A DNA stretch of 64,000 bases from Candidatus Poribacteria bacterium (GTDB lineage Bacteria > Poribacteria > WGA-4E > UBA9662): contig JAYGDX010000195.1 in the NCBI GenBank assembly GCA_046582655.1, positions 28,568 to 92,567 of the forward strand, read 5' to 3'. This document shows, one piece after another, positions 50,613 through 62,203 of this stretch (positions within the stretch are counted from its first letter, which is position 1; the number at the start of each line of letters is the position of its first letter). Both the position numbers and the translations under genes were made by a program. The notes under the pieces were generated by a model that did not search any database, was not told the DNA's origin, and worked only from the letters and a program-made list of their open reading frames with translations.

Positions 50613-51803
50613 TTAAGCATCTGCATCAATGACTTCCATCCATACTCCACGAACAAACCCAGGGTATTCTCCTTCACTAAAAGCGGGATAGTAAACACTC
50701 TCGCCAGAAAAATCATGTATATTTTCGCGACCTTCGCCATTCGGAATGTGTACACGACAGAGATATTGCTGCCGTTTGTATAGTTCTGTCAAAGTTGGCG
50801 TTCCTGGTTCAACACGGTAATATTCCAGAGCAGATTCATCCACTTCAACTCCAAGACCAGGTAATCCTGGCACCGAGATCATACCTTCTGACACTTCCAA
50901 CCGCTCTTTCAGTAGATAGTGTTCCCACAATTCGTGACAGGTTATAGCTGGTAATTGCGCGTGTGTTAAAATTGCCCCTAAATGCATGGCGTACGCAGTG
51001 GTAATACCTGTACCCACCATCTGTAACCAAAAAGGTTTATCAAATGAGGCACATAAAGTACCAACACGTCTGATCCCCGATGCTCCTCCACCGACCACAA
51101 AACCACTACATACCCGAGCGTGCAAGCAATCTTCATTGAAATGCTCAACAATAGGATTGGTAACTGCTTCCTGCAGCCGCCCAGCACCTTTCAGATTAGT
51201 ACCAAGATAGAATGGACTTTCATAATAAGCAACGTTAGGATGCCGATCCAGTTCTTGCAAAACAGGCATGGCGCCATCCGCTGTTCGCAGGAACCCGTTG
51301 AAATCTATATCGAACTTATAATTCTCCGGCACAACACTTCCAACTTTATGTACTTGGTCAAAAATATCCCTCCACGGACGTGCTTTCAGCTTAATTGATG
51401 TATAACCACGTTGAATCGATTCTTTAGCTTCCTCCATCCAGTCTTCTGGCGGCATGTCGATGTCCCACCATGAAATTGGGCATCGATCACGAACCTTAGT
51501 TCCTAACAACTGATAGACAGGAACCTCCATAGATTTACCAACAGCATCAAAAAGAGACATTTGGATGCCAGTTCCAATGCTATCATCCTGTAGAATCGCC
51601 AGCGGATTCTGACCAACAACACGTTCTATGTTATTAGACTCATCCGATAGGTTTTCGCCATAACCGATGATGCCACTATCCAATTCAGTGCGGTAGACAC
51701 ATACACGCTCACTATGCGTTAGTGCCCGATGCATATGTTTGCTAACGCGATCACAATAAAATGGAATGTTTAATGTATACATCTCAACCGTTTTAATTCT
51801 CAT
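50613..51803 (-). CDS. Mandelate racemase/muconate lactonizing enzyme (enolase superfamily) protein
   Basis: GIIGYGE; DAVGK..EVPVYQLLG; KLKARPW; IDFN; YESP; PGLPGLGVEVDE. Confidence 0.88.
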   Translation of the reverse strand: MRIKTVEMYTLNIPFYCDRVSKHMHRALTHSERVCVYRTELDSGIIGYGENLSDESNNIERVVGQNPLAILQDDSIGTGIQMSLFDAVGKSMEVPVYQLLGTKVRDRCPISWWDIDMPPEDWMEEAKESIQRGYTSIKLKARPWRDIFDQVHKVGSVVPENYKFDIDFNGFLRTADGAMPVLQELDRHPNVAYYESPFYLGTNLKGAGRLQEAVTNPIVEHFNEDCLHARVCSGFVVGGGASGIRRVGTLCASFDKPFWLQMVGTGITTAYAMHLGAILTHAQLPAITCHELWEHYLLKERLEVSEGMISVPGLPGLGVEVDESALEYYRVEPGTPTLTELYKRQQYLCRVHIPNGEGRENIHDFSGESVYYPAFSEGEYPGFVRGVWMEVIDADA

Positions 51804-51992
51804 AACCAAAGAGCCCCCAATGATTTTCTAATAATCACTTAAATGCCTGATATAAACAAGATTTTTCTTTTAATTTTAGTAATTCTTACCAAATCGGCTT
51901 GGCTGCAATTTTCTATCACTACAATACGAATTTTTTGGTCTATGACTATATTTAGCCTATTGTTTATCCTCTCTGGGCAGATGGTCCTCTTT

Positions 51993-53867
51993 TCATTCGA
52001 AAATTATACTTCCTGGATTAACCTGTGGATTTCGCAATTTGATAGTCGTGAGATCACTTTCACGCGATTTCCATGGGGTATCATAGCTAGGTATGCCAAC
52101 ATACCTGTCCATATCAATATGAAGTTTCAACTCTGTTGCCAGGAAGGAGTAAAATCTGAAGCCATTTTGACTGGATTGATTGCCATACATCCGGGGAGGT
52201 GATCGAAACTTCTGAAAATTTATGCTCTCCGAACATGCCAGCTTGAATAACAAGCCTACGAGAATGAAGCGGACTTAAATTAACCAGATGTAATCGAAAT
52301 TTGTTGTTATCAATCCCATCAATAAGCGCAGCCACATCTTCCGGCAAACCAGGCTGTTGCTGATTAAAATCATAATAACGGACCAAAGTATGCAGTAATC
52401 CTCCATGGTAAATGGGATAAGAACCTCCTATCGTTAACTGCGTTAGCGCAGCACAAATCACAGGATCTCGATGAATCCAATGTTGTGTGTATATAGCTTC
52501 CTTTGAGTCCTGCCGTATGGATTCAAGTGCACGACACACCTCACGGTAACTGGCGTGAAGAATCTTCTCGGGATAATCGGGAAAGTGTCCTTGTACAAAT
52601 CGGAACCAACCAGCGTTTGGCGATTTACCATTCCCACGGGGAGGAGGCTGTCTATCCCACTGATCTTGGTTTGACAGTCTTAGAATACGATCCAAATCTG
52701 CAGAACTTTGCGATACATTCCACAACTGAATGGCAAGCTCAGGAGAAGCAAGGCGGTAGTCCGCCCAACCGGAGTCCGTGTGCCGATAGGGCACTTGAAT
52801 TTCACCTCCACTTTGCTGACGTAGTGACCAGAGAAGATCTATCTGAGATCGGGCTAGATCCATCATAGAATCTTCCCCCGTTAGAAGTTTTCCATTCGTT
52901 CCAGCAATTGTAATCGCTGAAAGAAGAACAGATCCTCCATGCGGCCACCTCCAGCCATAATATCCACCCCACCATTTCCCATCCATATACTCTCCAATTT
53001 TCCCGGTCAGGCCAATATTATCAGGGACAATGCCACCATTGGCGGAGGTTCTGTCTCGCCATGACTGCAAATATTCGATAACCTAGCCCTTATACTTATC
53101 TTCCTTGAGATATAAGCGTGAGTCACCAAGGACGTGGCGATCAGGTTTAGGGGTACATCACCACGCGCCATGCGTCGATTCATTATGTCAAGGATTTCGG
53201 GAAATATCTCATCATCATTCCAATCAGCAGTCGGCCCTGGAACATCAGGAATATCCTCAAACGGCAAGGGGAAAATATGGTGCCCCAACACCCGCCGATG
53301 TGTTGACCAGTCCTCAGCCGTCATTTCAAGACGAGGCCCACGACTGCCATTGATCGGCGACCGGATCAGTTTAAGCTTGGAATCGTAATTCTGTGCTTCT
53401 TCGTCCTCACCAATGTAGAATCCGGAAAAACGAGTTATACGTTGATAATCTTTTAATACATATGAATTTGCCAACGCCAAAAAATAGAAATAGAGGTAAC
53501 TCTCTTCATGATGTATCCAATCGTAATAGGCATCAAACTCTCTGTAAACCTGACCATATTCCGTAAATTGCCATGTGATTGCATCCCAATGTTTATTTGC
53601 TAAATGAAGATAGTCCGGGCTACCTCCTAAAGCGTAAAATAATGGGAAAGTGTAGAAACTTTCATAAGCATCGTCAGAACCATCCATACCAGGCCAGTTA
53701 TCCCGCCAGACGAGAGTCCCATCCTGACGAGTATACCTGTCGACAAACAATATTCCTGCTTCATTCCTAATGTCGATTAGGTGTCTTTGCCACAGCGCCC
53801 AATTCGGTGGTGTGCAAATCTGATCAGCTTGGATAAGCGGAATAGAACAAAGATTCGCGGTATCCAA
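51993..53867 (-). pseudogene. Disrupted conserved hypothetical gene (about 600 aa), broken into three frames
   Basis: Frameshift near 53105, in-frame TAG at 53083-53085 (EDKYKG*VIEYLQSWRDR, probably W), and a second frameshift near 52135 (LLP|ATELKLHIDMDRYVGIPSYDTPW). Confidence 0.7.
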
Positions 53868-54490
53868 AATTGCCTCTTTTCGTTGATGTCAATGCGTAAA
53901 ACCTAACGAATACAAACTAGTATATCGAGTAGCATGATGCAGTTTGGAGAATTGATTTGTAGGGTTTCAGCCAACAGGCCAAACATATCTGACGGTAGTT
54001 TGTTTTCTACCTACATCTCCGCCAAAAAAGACACGACTTTTTATCAGATCTACTCCTAAAATATCATACATGCTAAAAAAATCAATCTTTAGATTAAACA
54101 TAAAACTCCAAATTAACTGGTATCAATACTAATAAATACCCACTCCCGACCAGATATTGCGTTGTTCTTGTAAACACTTTCCTAGAGTAATTATACAATA
54201 TCTATCAAATCTTAAAGATATGGAATCATCACACAACTATATTTTATGTCCAACGTGAAAGAAGTATTCCTTGAGTAACCACAAATGAGAAACGTTAAAC
54301 GATCTAGGACTTGAGTACTTGAAAATTGGGCACTCGGCTGCTATCTTGTTGGGATAGATGCAGCGCATCAAACTGGTCACAGAACGGGAAAAAGCCAACG
54401 CAACTTGATGATGAATTCAAGAACTGTATAATATTTTTGCGGTTGCGAGGCTATAACAGCTAGAAAACTTAATTAAAAAGTGAGGGACTT

Positions 54491-55342
54491 TTGGATAAAA
54501 CACTGTTACCAACAACAAACGCCGACGGATTACCCATTATACCGATGAACGAGGAACAGAAGTACATCTTTGATTTAAAAGGCTGGATTACTTTGCCCGG
54601 ATTGTTAGATGAAGAACAACTCAATACGATTCGCGAACACCAGATGAAATTCCTTTATAAACGTAATTCATTGCCACCAGAAGAGCAAGACAATCACGGT
54701 GGCCCCTCTCAAATACTGCTAGACCATCCGGCGGTAGTAGGCGTGCTGAACGAGATTCTTTCGCATCAAGGCTTGGCAACCGAGGATTGTTACGGGTTTC
54801 GGTTCGATCATACCTATACCAGCCATCGACAGGCAGGACACAATAATTTTAATCCTCACGGCGGAGGAGGTTATTTCAATTTCAGCGGGAATTCGCATAT
54901 CTACCAAATGCAGATGGGACGTATTCACGCCGGACTGACACGTGTGGTCTGGGAATTAAATGAGGTGAGAGATGGTGACGGAGGAACCATGTTCTTATCG
55001 GGTAGCCATAAAACAGCATTTCCACGACCTCCGGCACTGAGCGAGCGGGATAGTCCGCTATGGGAATCGTATTCATGTCCAGCTGGATCGGTAGTAATTT
55101 TTACGGAAGCACTGTGCCATACAGGAACACAATGGACGAATGAAACGTGGGATCGATTGTGCTTATTCACATGTTATAACACCATAAATGCAAAATGGGG
55201 TAAGGCGTGTCCACTGAAGAAAGTAATTGAATCCCTACCATCCAAGCGGCAGACGTTATTTCGTGGTGTATGGCATGGGATGAGCGAAGTGCCGGGGATT
55301 AATAAATATTACGACGAAGCGAATACTGGACGGTTTGGGTAA
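54491..55342 (+). CDS. Phytanoyl-CoA dioxygenase (PhyH) family Fe(II)/2OG oxygenase
   Basis: EEQKYIFDLKGWITLPGLL; PHGG; GGTMFLSGSHK; PAGSVVIFTEALCHTG. Confidence 0.82.
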   Translation: MDKTLLPTTNADGLPIIPMNEEQKYIFDLKGWITLPGLLDEEQLNTIREHQMKFLYKRNSLPPEEQDNHGGPSQILLDHPAVVGVLNEILSHQGLATEDCYGFRFDHTYTSHRQAGHNNFNPHGGGGYFNFSGNSHIYQMQMGRIHAGLTRVVWELNEVRDGDGGTMFLSGSHKTAFPRPPALSERDSPLWESYSCPAGSVVIFTEALCHTGTQWTNETWDRLCLFTCYNTINAKWGKACPLKKVIESLPSKRQTLFRGVWHGMSEVPGINKYYDEANTGRFG

Positions 55343-55517
55343 TATCGTTCCATAAATCGCGTTTTCAGTTAAAGTTGGATCGTCGTCCAACAACCAACGG
55401 ATTTGCTGTCTTGAGAATGGCTGATAATAAATATTATTGGCCATTAGGTGCAATTTTGGATGATGAGGCTTGAGATTTGTTAACAAATGAACAGATAGAT
55501 TGTTGTATTCTGCGTAA

Positions 55518-55826
55518 GTGACTGCAGTCGAGAGGGCACTAAGGAACTATGGCAATCAATACCCGATGTCTTACGACAGAACCCAACCTTCCAGGCAAAC
55601 GACAGGGAAACATACTAAAGGAGTTATCCCATCGAAACGACATCGAATAGCCAACAAACAGAACAGCCAAATCAATCATACAGAACGATTCAACCACACT
55701 CGAGATAGGGAATATCTCGCTTGGTTAGAAATCCCCTGTCCTTCTCTAAGAAACTTAACAAATCATATAGGAGCTATCAAGTATTTCATATGTCATTATA
55801 ATCTAGATAAAATATTCCCTGTTTAA
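55518..55826 (+). mobile_element. Degenerate IS1-family transposase (InsB) remnant
   Basis: Frameshifted pieces ELWQSIP, GVIPSKRHR, NHTERFNHT, RLVRNPLSFSKKL, NHIGAIKYFICHYN. Confidence 0.8.
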
Positions 55827-55924
55827 CAAATCCCAAAAGTGATGGTTTTGACCATCACCACGACCATGAATACAAAAGCTACAAGTATAGGATATTCAGC
55901 TAACCGTTACCATTCGATAACGAA

Positions 55925-57278
55925 TCAGTATTGCTTAGACAAGTCGGGCACGGTAAAGTCGTATCGATTTCTTGTCTCCTCAAGTCGGTTCTTCATTTGC
56001 GACACCCTCCCGGCGTATTCCGAGTCATCAATGACATTGCGCTGTTCGCCTGGATCTCTGACCAAATCGTAGAACTCATCACCTTCTCCTTCTCGCAGGT
56101 AATGGACGATTTTTTCGTCTGTCGTACGCAAACAGATCATCGTCGGCAGTGCCGGAAACGGTGGATCCTCAAAATACTCAATAAAAACAGCGTCTCGTGT
56201 CCATTCATCAGTTTCTATCATTAGCGACTTCAATGAATGCCCCTGGAAGTTTTGGGGTACACCTAAGCCACTCAGATCCATAATTGTAGCAGGAATATCG
56301 AGGCTCAAAACTAGATCTTCAACTATTCTGCCCGGACGCCGTATCAATTTTGGATAGCGAATGAGATATGGAACCCGGATAGAAGGATCATACATCCAGC
56401 GCTTGTCAGCAAGTCCAAATTCCCCATGAAAATAGCCGTGATCGCTAGTATGAATCACAAGAGTGTTTTCCGAAATCCTCATTTTATCGAGTTTATCAAG
56501 CAAACGCCCGATCGCATCATCAACACCCCGCACTGTGCGGACATAGTCACGCATAAATATTTCCCAAGTTTTGTCGCCGATGAATTTGCCATCCGGATAC
56601 CAGTGATGATTATGTCCCATCGGCTTACCGGTTCGTAAACTACGAGGCTTCCCATCCGTCGAAGCATTCAACGTGGGAGGAGATTGCAGTTGGGCATCAG
56701 TAAGTCTTGACATAACGAGTGGGTGGTGTGAAGGGACCATGAGGTGCTTTATACCAAAGATAAAGTGCCCAGGGACGGTCATCTTTATCATCAAGAAACT
56801 GTTCCACATAATTGGCAAGAAGATCGGTATTGTAACCAGTATGAGGAATTTCCTCATCATCGATAATAAAGGTTGGATGGTTGTAGAGTCCCTGACCGTG
56901 AAATCCGACCCATCGGTCAAAGCCAAGCTTGGGATCCCCTCCAGGTTTGGGAATGCCAGCAGTGCCATAGTGGATTTTGCCGAAAAATCCCGTCCGGTAT
57001 CCTACCTGTTGTAAAAGTTCCGGCCATGCCCTAATCCCTTCATTCAGAGCAGCTCGATTGTGAACAACGCCATGATGGTGGGGATAAATGCCGGTCATGT
57101 GAGTAGCACGGCTAGGAGCGCAAAGCGGAATGGCAGTGAACCCGTTGTTGAAACGAATACCTTCACGAGCCAGCCGATCCATGCTTGGCGTTTTGATAAA
57201 AGGGTGCCCCGCACATCCCATGCAGTCATGTCGCTGATCGTCGCACATTGAGAAAATGATATTTGGTCTTTGAGACAT
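55925..57278 (-). pseudogene. Cys-type sulfatase (GlcNAc-6-sulfatase-like) split by a frameshift near 56700
   Basis: RPNIIFSMCDDQRHD; LCAPSRA; GFFGKIH; KAPHGP in the 5' frame; TSDHGYFHGEFGLADKRWMYDPSIRVP and YDLVRDPGE in the 3' frame. Confidence 0.85.
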
Positions 57279-57459
57279 ATGAAACCACCCTGTATTTTTG
57301 ACAAGCAATATCCAATTTTGGATGATGAGGCTTAAGACCGTTGTTAACAAAGGAACTGCCTGCCAGATTCAAGATACAACACTTCAGGTTTATATCTCAA
57401 GTAGTATTGACAAAAAATGGCGATTAGATCAGGTACCAAGCGATCTGACAAAAAGAAGT

Positions 57460-57964
57460 CACGGCATCATATAACGCGGCCTACCATCACAGCCAGCGTC
57501 AACAACCAGGAGACCCAGCGATTGTTCCGCTTGGTTGGCTTTGGTTACCACCGCCACTCAAGGGATGCTATCTAGTCTGGCTAGCAGATGGAATTTGTAA
57601 TCCCAATAACCGTCTTTGCTGCAGTGGCCATAGCGGGACAGTTGATCCAGCACCTGAATTGGTAAATCATTCATGTCCATTGAAACTAACCTGGTATTAC
57701 TCTAGTGGAGCAAAGTTGGAAGAAATCTTTTAAACTCTTGCTGTTGCAAATCGAGGTCTTCTTAGAGTTCCATCGGTAACAAAGGGGTCGGCCAGGTGTC
57801 GCCTCACTTTTCCTGAGATTACATAGATTTCTAAAGATTGGACAAAGAAAGGCTAATTGACGATTCGTTTGGCTCTGGTTCCATCCCATCGCGGGAGCCA
57901 GAAGTTTAATCGAAACTATCTGGAAAGTCTGTGGAGTCGATACGACCTTTTGTCGCTTTTTCAC
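57460..57964 (-). mobile_element. Degenerate DDE transposase remnant (IS982/IS5-like)
   Basis: My translation SMDMNDLP...YGHCSKDGYWDYKFHLLARLDSIP*VAVVTKANQAE...LVVDAGCD resembles the GYC.SK..Y.GFKLHL...P....T.AN..D / ADKGY motifs; contains stops. Confidence 0.55.
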
Positions 57965-58129
57965 CTTGGTCTCCAGTTTCGGTCAGTGTTTGAGTAATGA
58001 CCTGTTTGACATCAGTTAACAGCTATTGTATTCTATATCATTGCGGGTTCCTGTTTTGAATTTTGCATGGATTAGAATCCCCAAATCTAGTTGTATCCAG
58101 CAATTCTTTTTGTTTCTTGCCAATACTAT

Positions 58130-58790
58130 CGTGTTGATGGTGGTCTGGGTAGATTTGGTGCGTACTAAGGATACTGAAGAAGTAGTGGTCGGAAATGCTA
58201 GAGAGTTGAAAGGTATCACGGCAAAGAAGATTACTTGGAAGAAAGATGGCGTACAGATAGTTTTTAGACTCGGTCAGTGAACGGGAAACTTTTGATCGAG
58301 TTGGCAGTCCTAATTACTGAGAGAGTCAAAGTTTCAGGTAGCCCTAGAGACTTTTGGTTGGATGCAACTAAAGTGTACAGCTGGTCAGTTTAAGAAGTTC
58401 TTGAAGTCAACTGATCATCAGTTTGAAGGTGAATTATAGGAAAAGATTTATAGATACTACAGCTTATGCTAAATGGGCAGGCAATAGGCTGCCCACCAAA
58501 GCAGAGTGGGAATTTGCTGCACGGGGCGGATTGGTTGGCAAAGAATGTTCTTGGGAGATGATGAAAGTGTTGCACGAGACTATGCTAGTTACTGTTGTAC
58601 TGGCGGCAAGGATAAGTGGGATAAGACCACTGTGTCTGTAGGTAGTTTTACCGAATGGCTGTGGTTTATTTGATATGGCGGACAACGTTTGAGAACGGTG
58701 TGAGGATTGGGACGGTAACGACAGAGAAAAATCCCGTGTTTTATGGGACGGGAATTGGTACGACACGAGCGAAAATATAGGCACCATCGA
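58130..58790 (+). pseudogene. Decayed FGE-sulfatase (SUMF1) domain gene
   Basis: Fragments [48 protein letters not shown] across frames with stops. Confidence 0.8.
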
Positions 58791-59067
58791 ATGCTTCGCC
58801 AGTTCGACGCTCTCCCACGTTATGATCAAACAGGCATACAATAGAATCGGCTGGGGGGATTTTGCTGGTGATTCAACATCTGTTGGGTTTGCTGGTAGAG
58901 CCAGAAGCTAATTTGGAAAATCGATTATGAGTTGCCGTGATTTTAATTTTTGCCTTAATAGATCTCTTGCACGAGTCAAAGAAACAAACGTAAATAGAGA
59001 TATTAGCACAATCGAATATCTCTTCAAACCAAACAAGTGTAACTTCTCGTAACAAGGAATTTGAAAC

Positions 59068-60522
59068 ATGAAGATAAAATCACTGATACGACAAATTTCT
59101 GGCATTCTTGTGCTACTAGGGCTAACAATTATGATTGGGTGTAGCGATAGTAGTGAGGAAGATAAACAATTAAGTGATCTTATGGAACTCATTAATTTTC
59201 AGCAACAGCAAATACAGGGTCTAGGTACGCGTCTGGACTTATTAGAGCCAACCGAGAAAGAGATCCTAAAACAATTGGGGACACTTGAGACTAAACTTAG
59301 CTCACATGAAAAGCTACAGGATAATTTGCTGAATCAGCACAAAGAGATTGGAGGATTAAACGATCGAATCAACAAATTGGAAAAGAACACAACCCTTGAC
59401 GAGTTGATAAATGTTGTTCTAGAGCAGACAACACAAATCGGGAAACTCGAAAACCGAATTAACGACATAGAAAACAACACTCTGGATGAATTATTAAACA
59501 CAATCATTATTATGGAAAATCGTATCGAGCAGGTGTCAAAAAAGCCTGATACCAGCAATTTAGTAGAAGTTGTAACCCAGCAAACAGAAGAGATTAATGA
59601 TCTTCAGAATCAAATTAGGGAGTTGGAAGACATAGCGGATATAAATAATCTGGTGGATGCGATTGAAGAGCAAGGACTCATTCTGACGAATTTAGAGGCT
59701 CGTATTAAAACCATGGAAAGAGGTAAATCCGTTGCAATAACTCCGATCAAAGAGGGAGAAGTCGAAGAGATAGCCCCATTAGTGAAAGAAAAAGATATGG
59801 TATTTATCCGTGCAGGAATATTTAAGATGGGAGACTCTTTCAACGAGGGAGATCCCGACGAACAACCAACCAAGGCAATCCACATCGAGGCTTTCTACAT
59901 GGATGAAAACGAAGTAACAGTTGGAGAATATAAGGCTTTCATCGAGAAAACTGGAAACACTGAATTGGATTGGGGAAAAATTGGCAAATATTCACCAACC
60001 GAAAATCATCCAGTTATTTATGTTACTTGGTATGATGCCATGAACTATGCTTTGTGGGCAGGAAAAAGGTTGCCAACAGAGGCCGAGTGGGAATATGCCG
60101 CTCGCGGAGGGCTGATAAGTAAACGCTATCCATGGGGTAATGACATCTCCGTTGTAAATGCTAACTATGCCGGCAAAGTTAAACGTACCTCCCAGGTCGG
60201 ATCATACGCACCAAACGGTTATGGTCTTTACGACATGGCTGGAAACATTTCCGAATGGTGTTTGGATGAGTATAATGAAGAATCCTACGCTACAGATTTT
60301 AATAAGAATCCTTTTTCAGGAGGGCAAGTAAAACGAATCATCTCCAACTTTGAAGGAATTCAGAGTTTCCGAGTCATTCGCGGCGGTTCATGGCTTGGTA
60401 ACACAGATAATCTGAGAGTCTCAAACCGGAACTCGCGTCCTCCAAAAGACGCGGATCGACTTTTTGGATTTAGGTGTGTAAAGTCACTCAAGCCATTAGA
60501 TCAAATCGATTGGAATGGCTAA
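59068..60522 (+). CDS. Lipoprotein with coiled-coil stalk and C-terminal FGE-sulfatase (SUMF1) domain
   Basis: Lipobox IMIGC; heptad-rich repeats; HPVIYVTWYDA, RLPTEAEWEYAARGG, GLYDMAGNISEW, RVIRGGSW, FGFRC. Confidence 0.88.
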   Translation: MKIKSLIRQISGILVLLGLTIMIGCSDSSEEDKQLSDLMELINFQQQQIQGLGTRLDLLEPTEKEILKQLGTLETKLSSHEKLQDNLLNQHKEIGGLNDRINKLEKNTTLDELINVVLEQTTQIGKLENRINDIENNTLDELLNTIIIMENRIEQVSKKPDTSNLVEVVTQQTEEINDLQNQIRELEDIADINNLVDAIEEQGLILTNLEARIKTMERGKSVAITPIKEGEVEEIAPLVKEKDMVFIRAGIFKMGDSFNEGDPDEQPTKAIHIEAFYMDENEVTVGEYKAFIEKTGNTELDWGKIGKYSPTENHPVIYVTWYDAMNYALWAGKRLPTEAEWEYAARGGLISKRYPWGNDISVVNANYAGKVKRTSQVGSYAPNGYGLYDMAGNISEWCLDEYNEESYATDFNKNPFSGGQVKRIISNFEGIQSFRVIRGGSWLGNTDNLRVSNRNSRPPKDADRLFGFRCVKSLKPLDQIDWNG

Positions 60523-61028
60523 GTTTAGTTACAGACTACGCAAATCAAAGTACTGTACTTGATTAACTCCGCGAAGATCCATTTCATATTCGATATCAAT
60601 CATGAGAGGCCGAGATTGGTACTAGTGAAGTCCATGCAGTTGACTATTAACACTGAACAGCACAATATCTTGCACCAGATAGCTGATACTATAATTGGTG
60701 TAGATATTAATTCGGTTAACTGTTTTCCAATTAACACCTAAGTTTTGTCAGACGCTCCTCCATTACCTAAACCACATAAGTCGATTTCTCGCGCATTACC
60801 TCCACACTTGTTTCATTCCGGTGTACAATCCCATCGGGTTTCAGAATCCTCTCACGCTGAGATCCGACAGAAGTTTGGAATTCCAAAGCAAAACTGATAG
60901 AATGGTGGAAATAGTGTTTACGACTATGTAAACACTAAGACAGATTGTGATTACAAACTCAAGATCGCAGTTTCTTTCTCTATCGTGATTGCGTATCCTG
61001 TTAAATGGCGACAAAAAAGGAGATTGTC

Positions 61029-62183
61029 ATGACAGCAAATAGTTGGGGGGGGATTTACCAAAAACTGGGTGTTCGCCCCATGATTAATGCCACTGGAAAT
61101 CTGACTGCCCGTGGTGGTTCAACGCCCTCTTCCGCGGTCAGGAAGGCGATGCAGGAAGCTGACAGCAGTTATGTCGAAATGTCAGAATTGCTGGAAAAGG
61201 CAGGTCAATATGTCGCCACGCAACTAGGTGTAGAAGCCGCCTATCCAACAGCTGGATGTTACGCGGCACTGGTACTATGTTCAGCTACAGTTATGACAGG
61301 TAATGATCCAGATAAAAGATCTCAGTTACCAGATACTACCGGGCTGAAACACGAAATCATCCTGCAGAAGATACAGCGATATGGGTATGATCGCGCCTAT
61401 ACAATACCCGGTAGTAAGCTAACCATTGTTGGTAATGACAACGGATGTACGGAAGAACAACTGGAACGTGCAATTGGGCCTGATACAGCGGCCATTGCTT
61501 ACCTGATTCAGCCTAATCAAGGCAATGCTATCCCATTAGAAATAGTTGTGGAGATGGCGCACGCACACGACATTCCCGTCATCGCCGATGCTGCCGCGCA
61601 GATTCATCCTCTTGACTACTTTCGTCGGAATGCGCAATCGGCAGACCTAGTTTGTTTTGGCGGTAAATATTTTAATGCGCCACATTCTACTGGTCTTGCC
61701 TGTGGTAGGAAAGACCTAATCCAAGCTGTCATCGCCCATGGATTCATCGGCCCACGCCCAATCGGGAGAGGCATGAAAGTCGATCGGCAGGAAATCATCG
61801 GACTGGTAACAGCCATCGATATCTGGATGAATATGGATCACCAGGAACGATTAAGAAATCAGAATAAAAGGTATGCTGTTATCTCAGAACACCTCAAGTT
61901 CCTTGATCAAGTATCAACCGAAATTGTCTGTCATAAAAGACATACTTTATCAGACCTCCATGTCACTTTCGATCCAGAAACCCTGGGCAAGAACGCCAGA
62001 CAGATAGCCAACGCACTTGACGCAGGTTCGCCTCGCGTTTGCGTCGAAGTTGATAGCGATAACACCATCACCATCAACGCCTATACCCTTAACCAAGGGG
62101 AAGAACTTCTCATTGCTCAAGCACTGAGAGAACAACTATCCAACGCAAACTCAGAAATCGTGATTGCACCTGCACTGACCTAA
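61029..62183 (+). CDS. SelA-like PLP-dependent enzyme (DgaE/ammonia-lyase-like)
   Basis: LGVRPMINATG..T..GGS; PVIADAAAQ; DLVCFGGKYF; IGRGMKVDRQEIIGL. AAGGAG RBS before ATG 61029. Confidence 0.8.
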   Translation: MTANSWGGIYQKLGVRPMINATGNLTARGGSTPSSAVRKAMQEADSSYVEMSELLEKAGQYVATQLGVEAAYPTAGCYAALVLCSATVMTGNDPDKRSQLPDTTGLKHEIILQKIQRYGYDRAYTIPGSKLTIVGNDNGCTEEQLERAIGPDTAAIAYLIQPNQGNAIPLEIVVEMAHAHDIPVIADAAAQIHPLDYFRRNAQSADLVCFGGKYFNAPHSTGLACGRKDLIQAVIAHGFIGPRPIGRGMKVDRQEIIGLVTAIDIWMNMDHQERLRNQNKRYAVISEHLKFLDQVSTEIVCHKRHTLSDLHVTFDPETLGKNARQIANALDAGSPRVCVEVDSDNTITINAYTLNQGEELLIAQALREQLSNANSEIVIAPALT

Positions 62184-62203
62184 AACCAATCAATAAGGAG
62201 AAG

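Larger units (their letters stand above)
55451..57351 (+). repeat. Imperfect direct repeat pair (55451-55487 and 57313-57351)
   Basis: Identical CAATTTTGGATGATGAGGCTT core followed by ...TTGTTAACAAA in both copies. Confidence 0.75.

Noticed and set aside
56697..56699. UGA recoding in the sulfatase
   Set aside because: The downstream sulfatase sequence is in a different frame, so this is a frameshift.
58130..60522. Diversity-generating retroelement targeting FGE/C-lectin domains
   Set aside because: No reverse transcriptase in the window and no near-identical template repeat differing at adenines; the upstream copy is simply decayed.
60740..60890. Possible IS66 fragment on the minus strand (ERILKPDGIVHRNETSVEV)
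   Set aside because: Too short and degenerate to support.
61029..62183. selA (selenocysteine synthase) supporting the selenoprotein
   Set aside because: Shorter than true SelA, lacks its N-terminal domain and has no selB neighbour; it fits the SelA-like/DgaE group.
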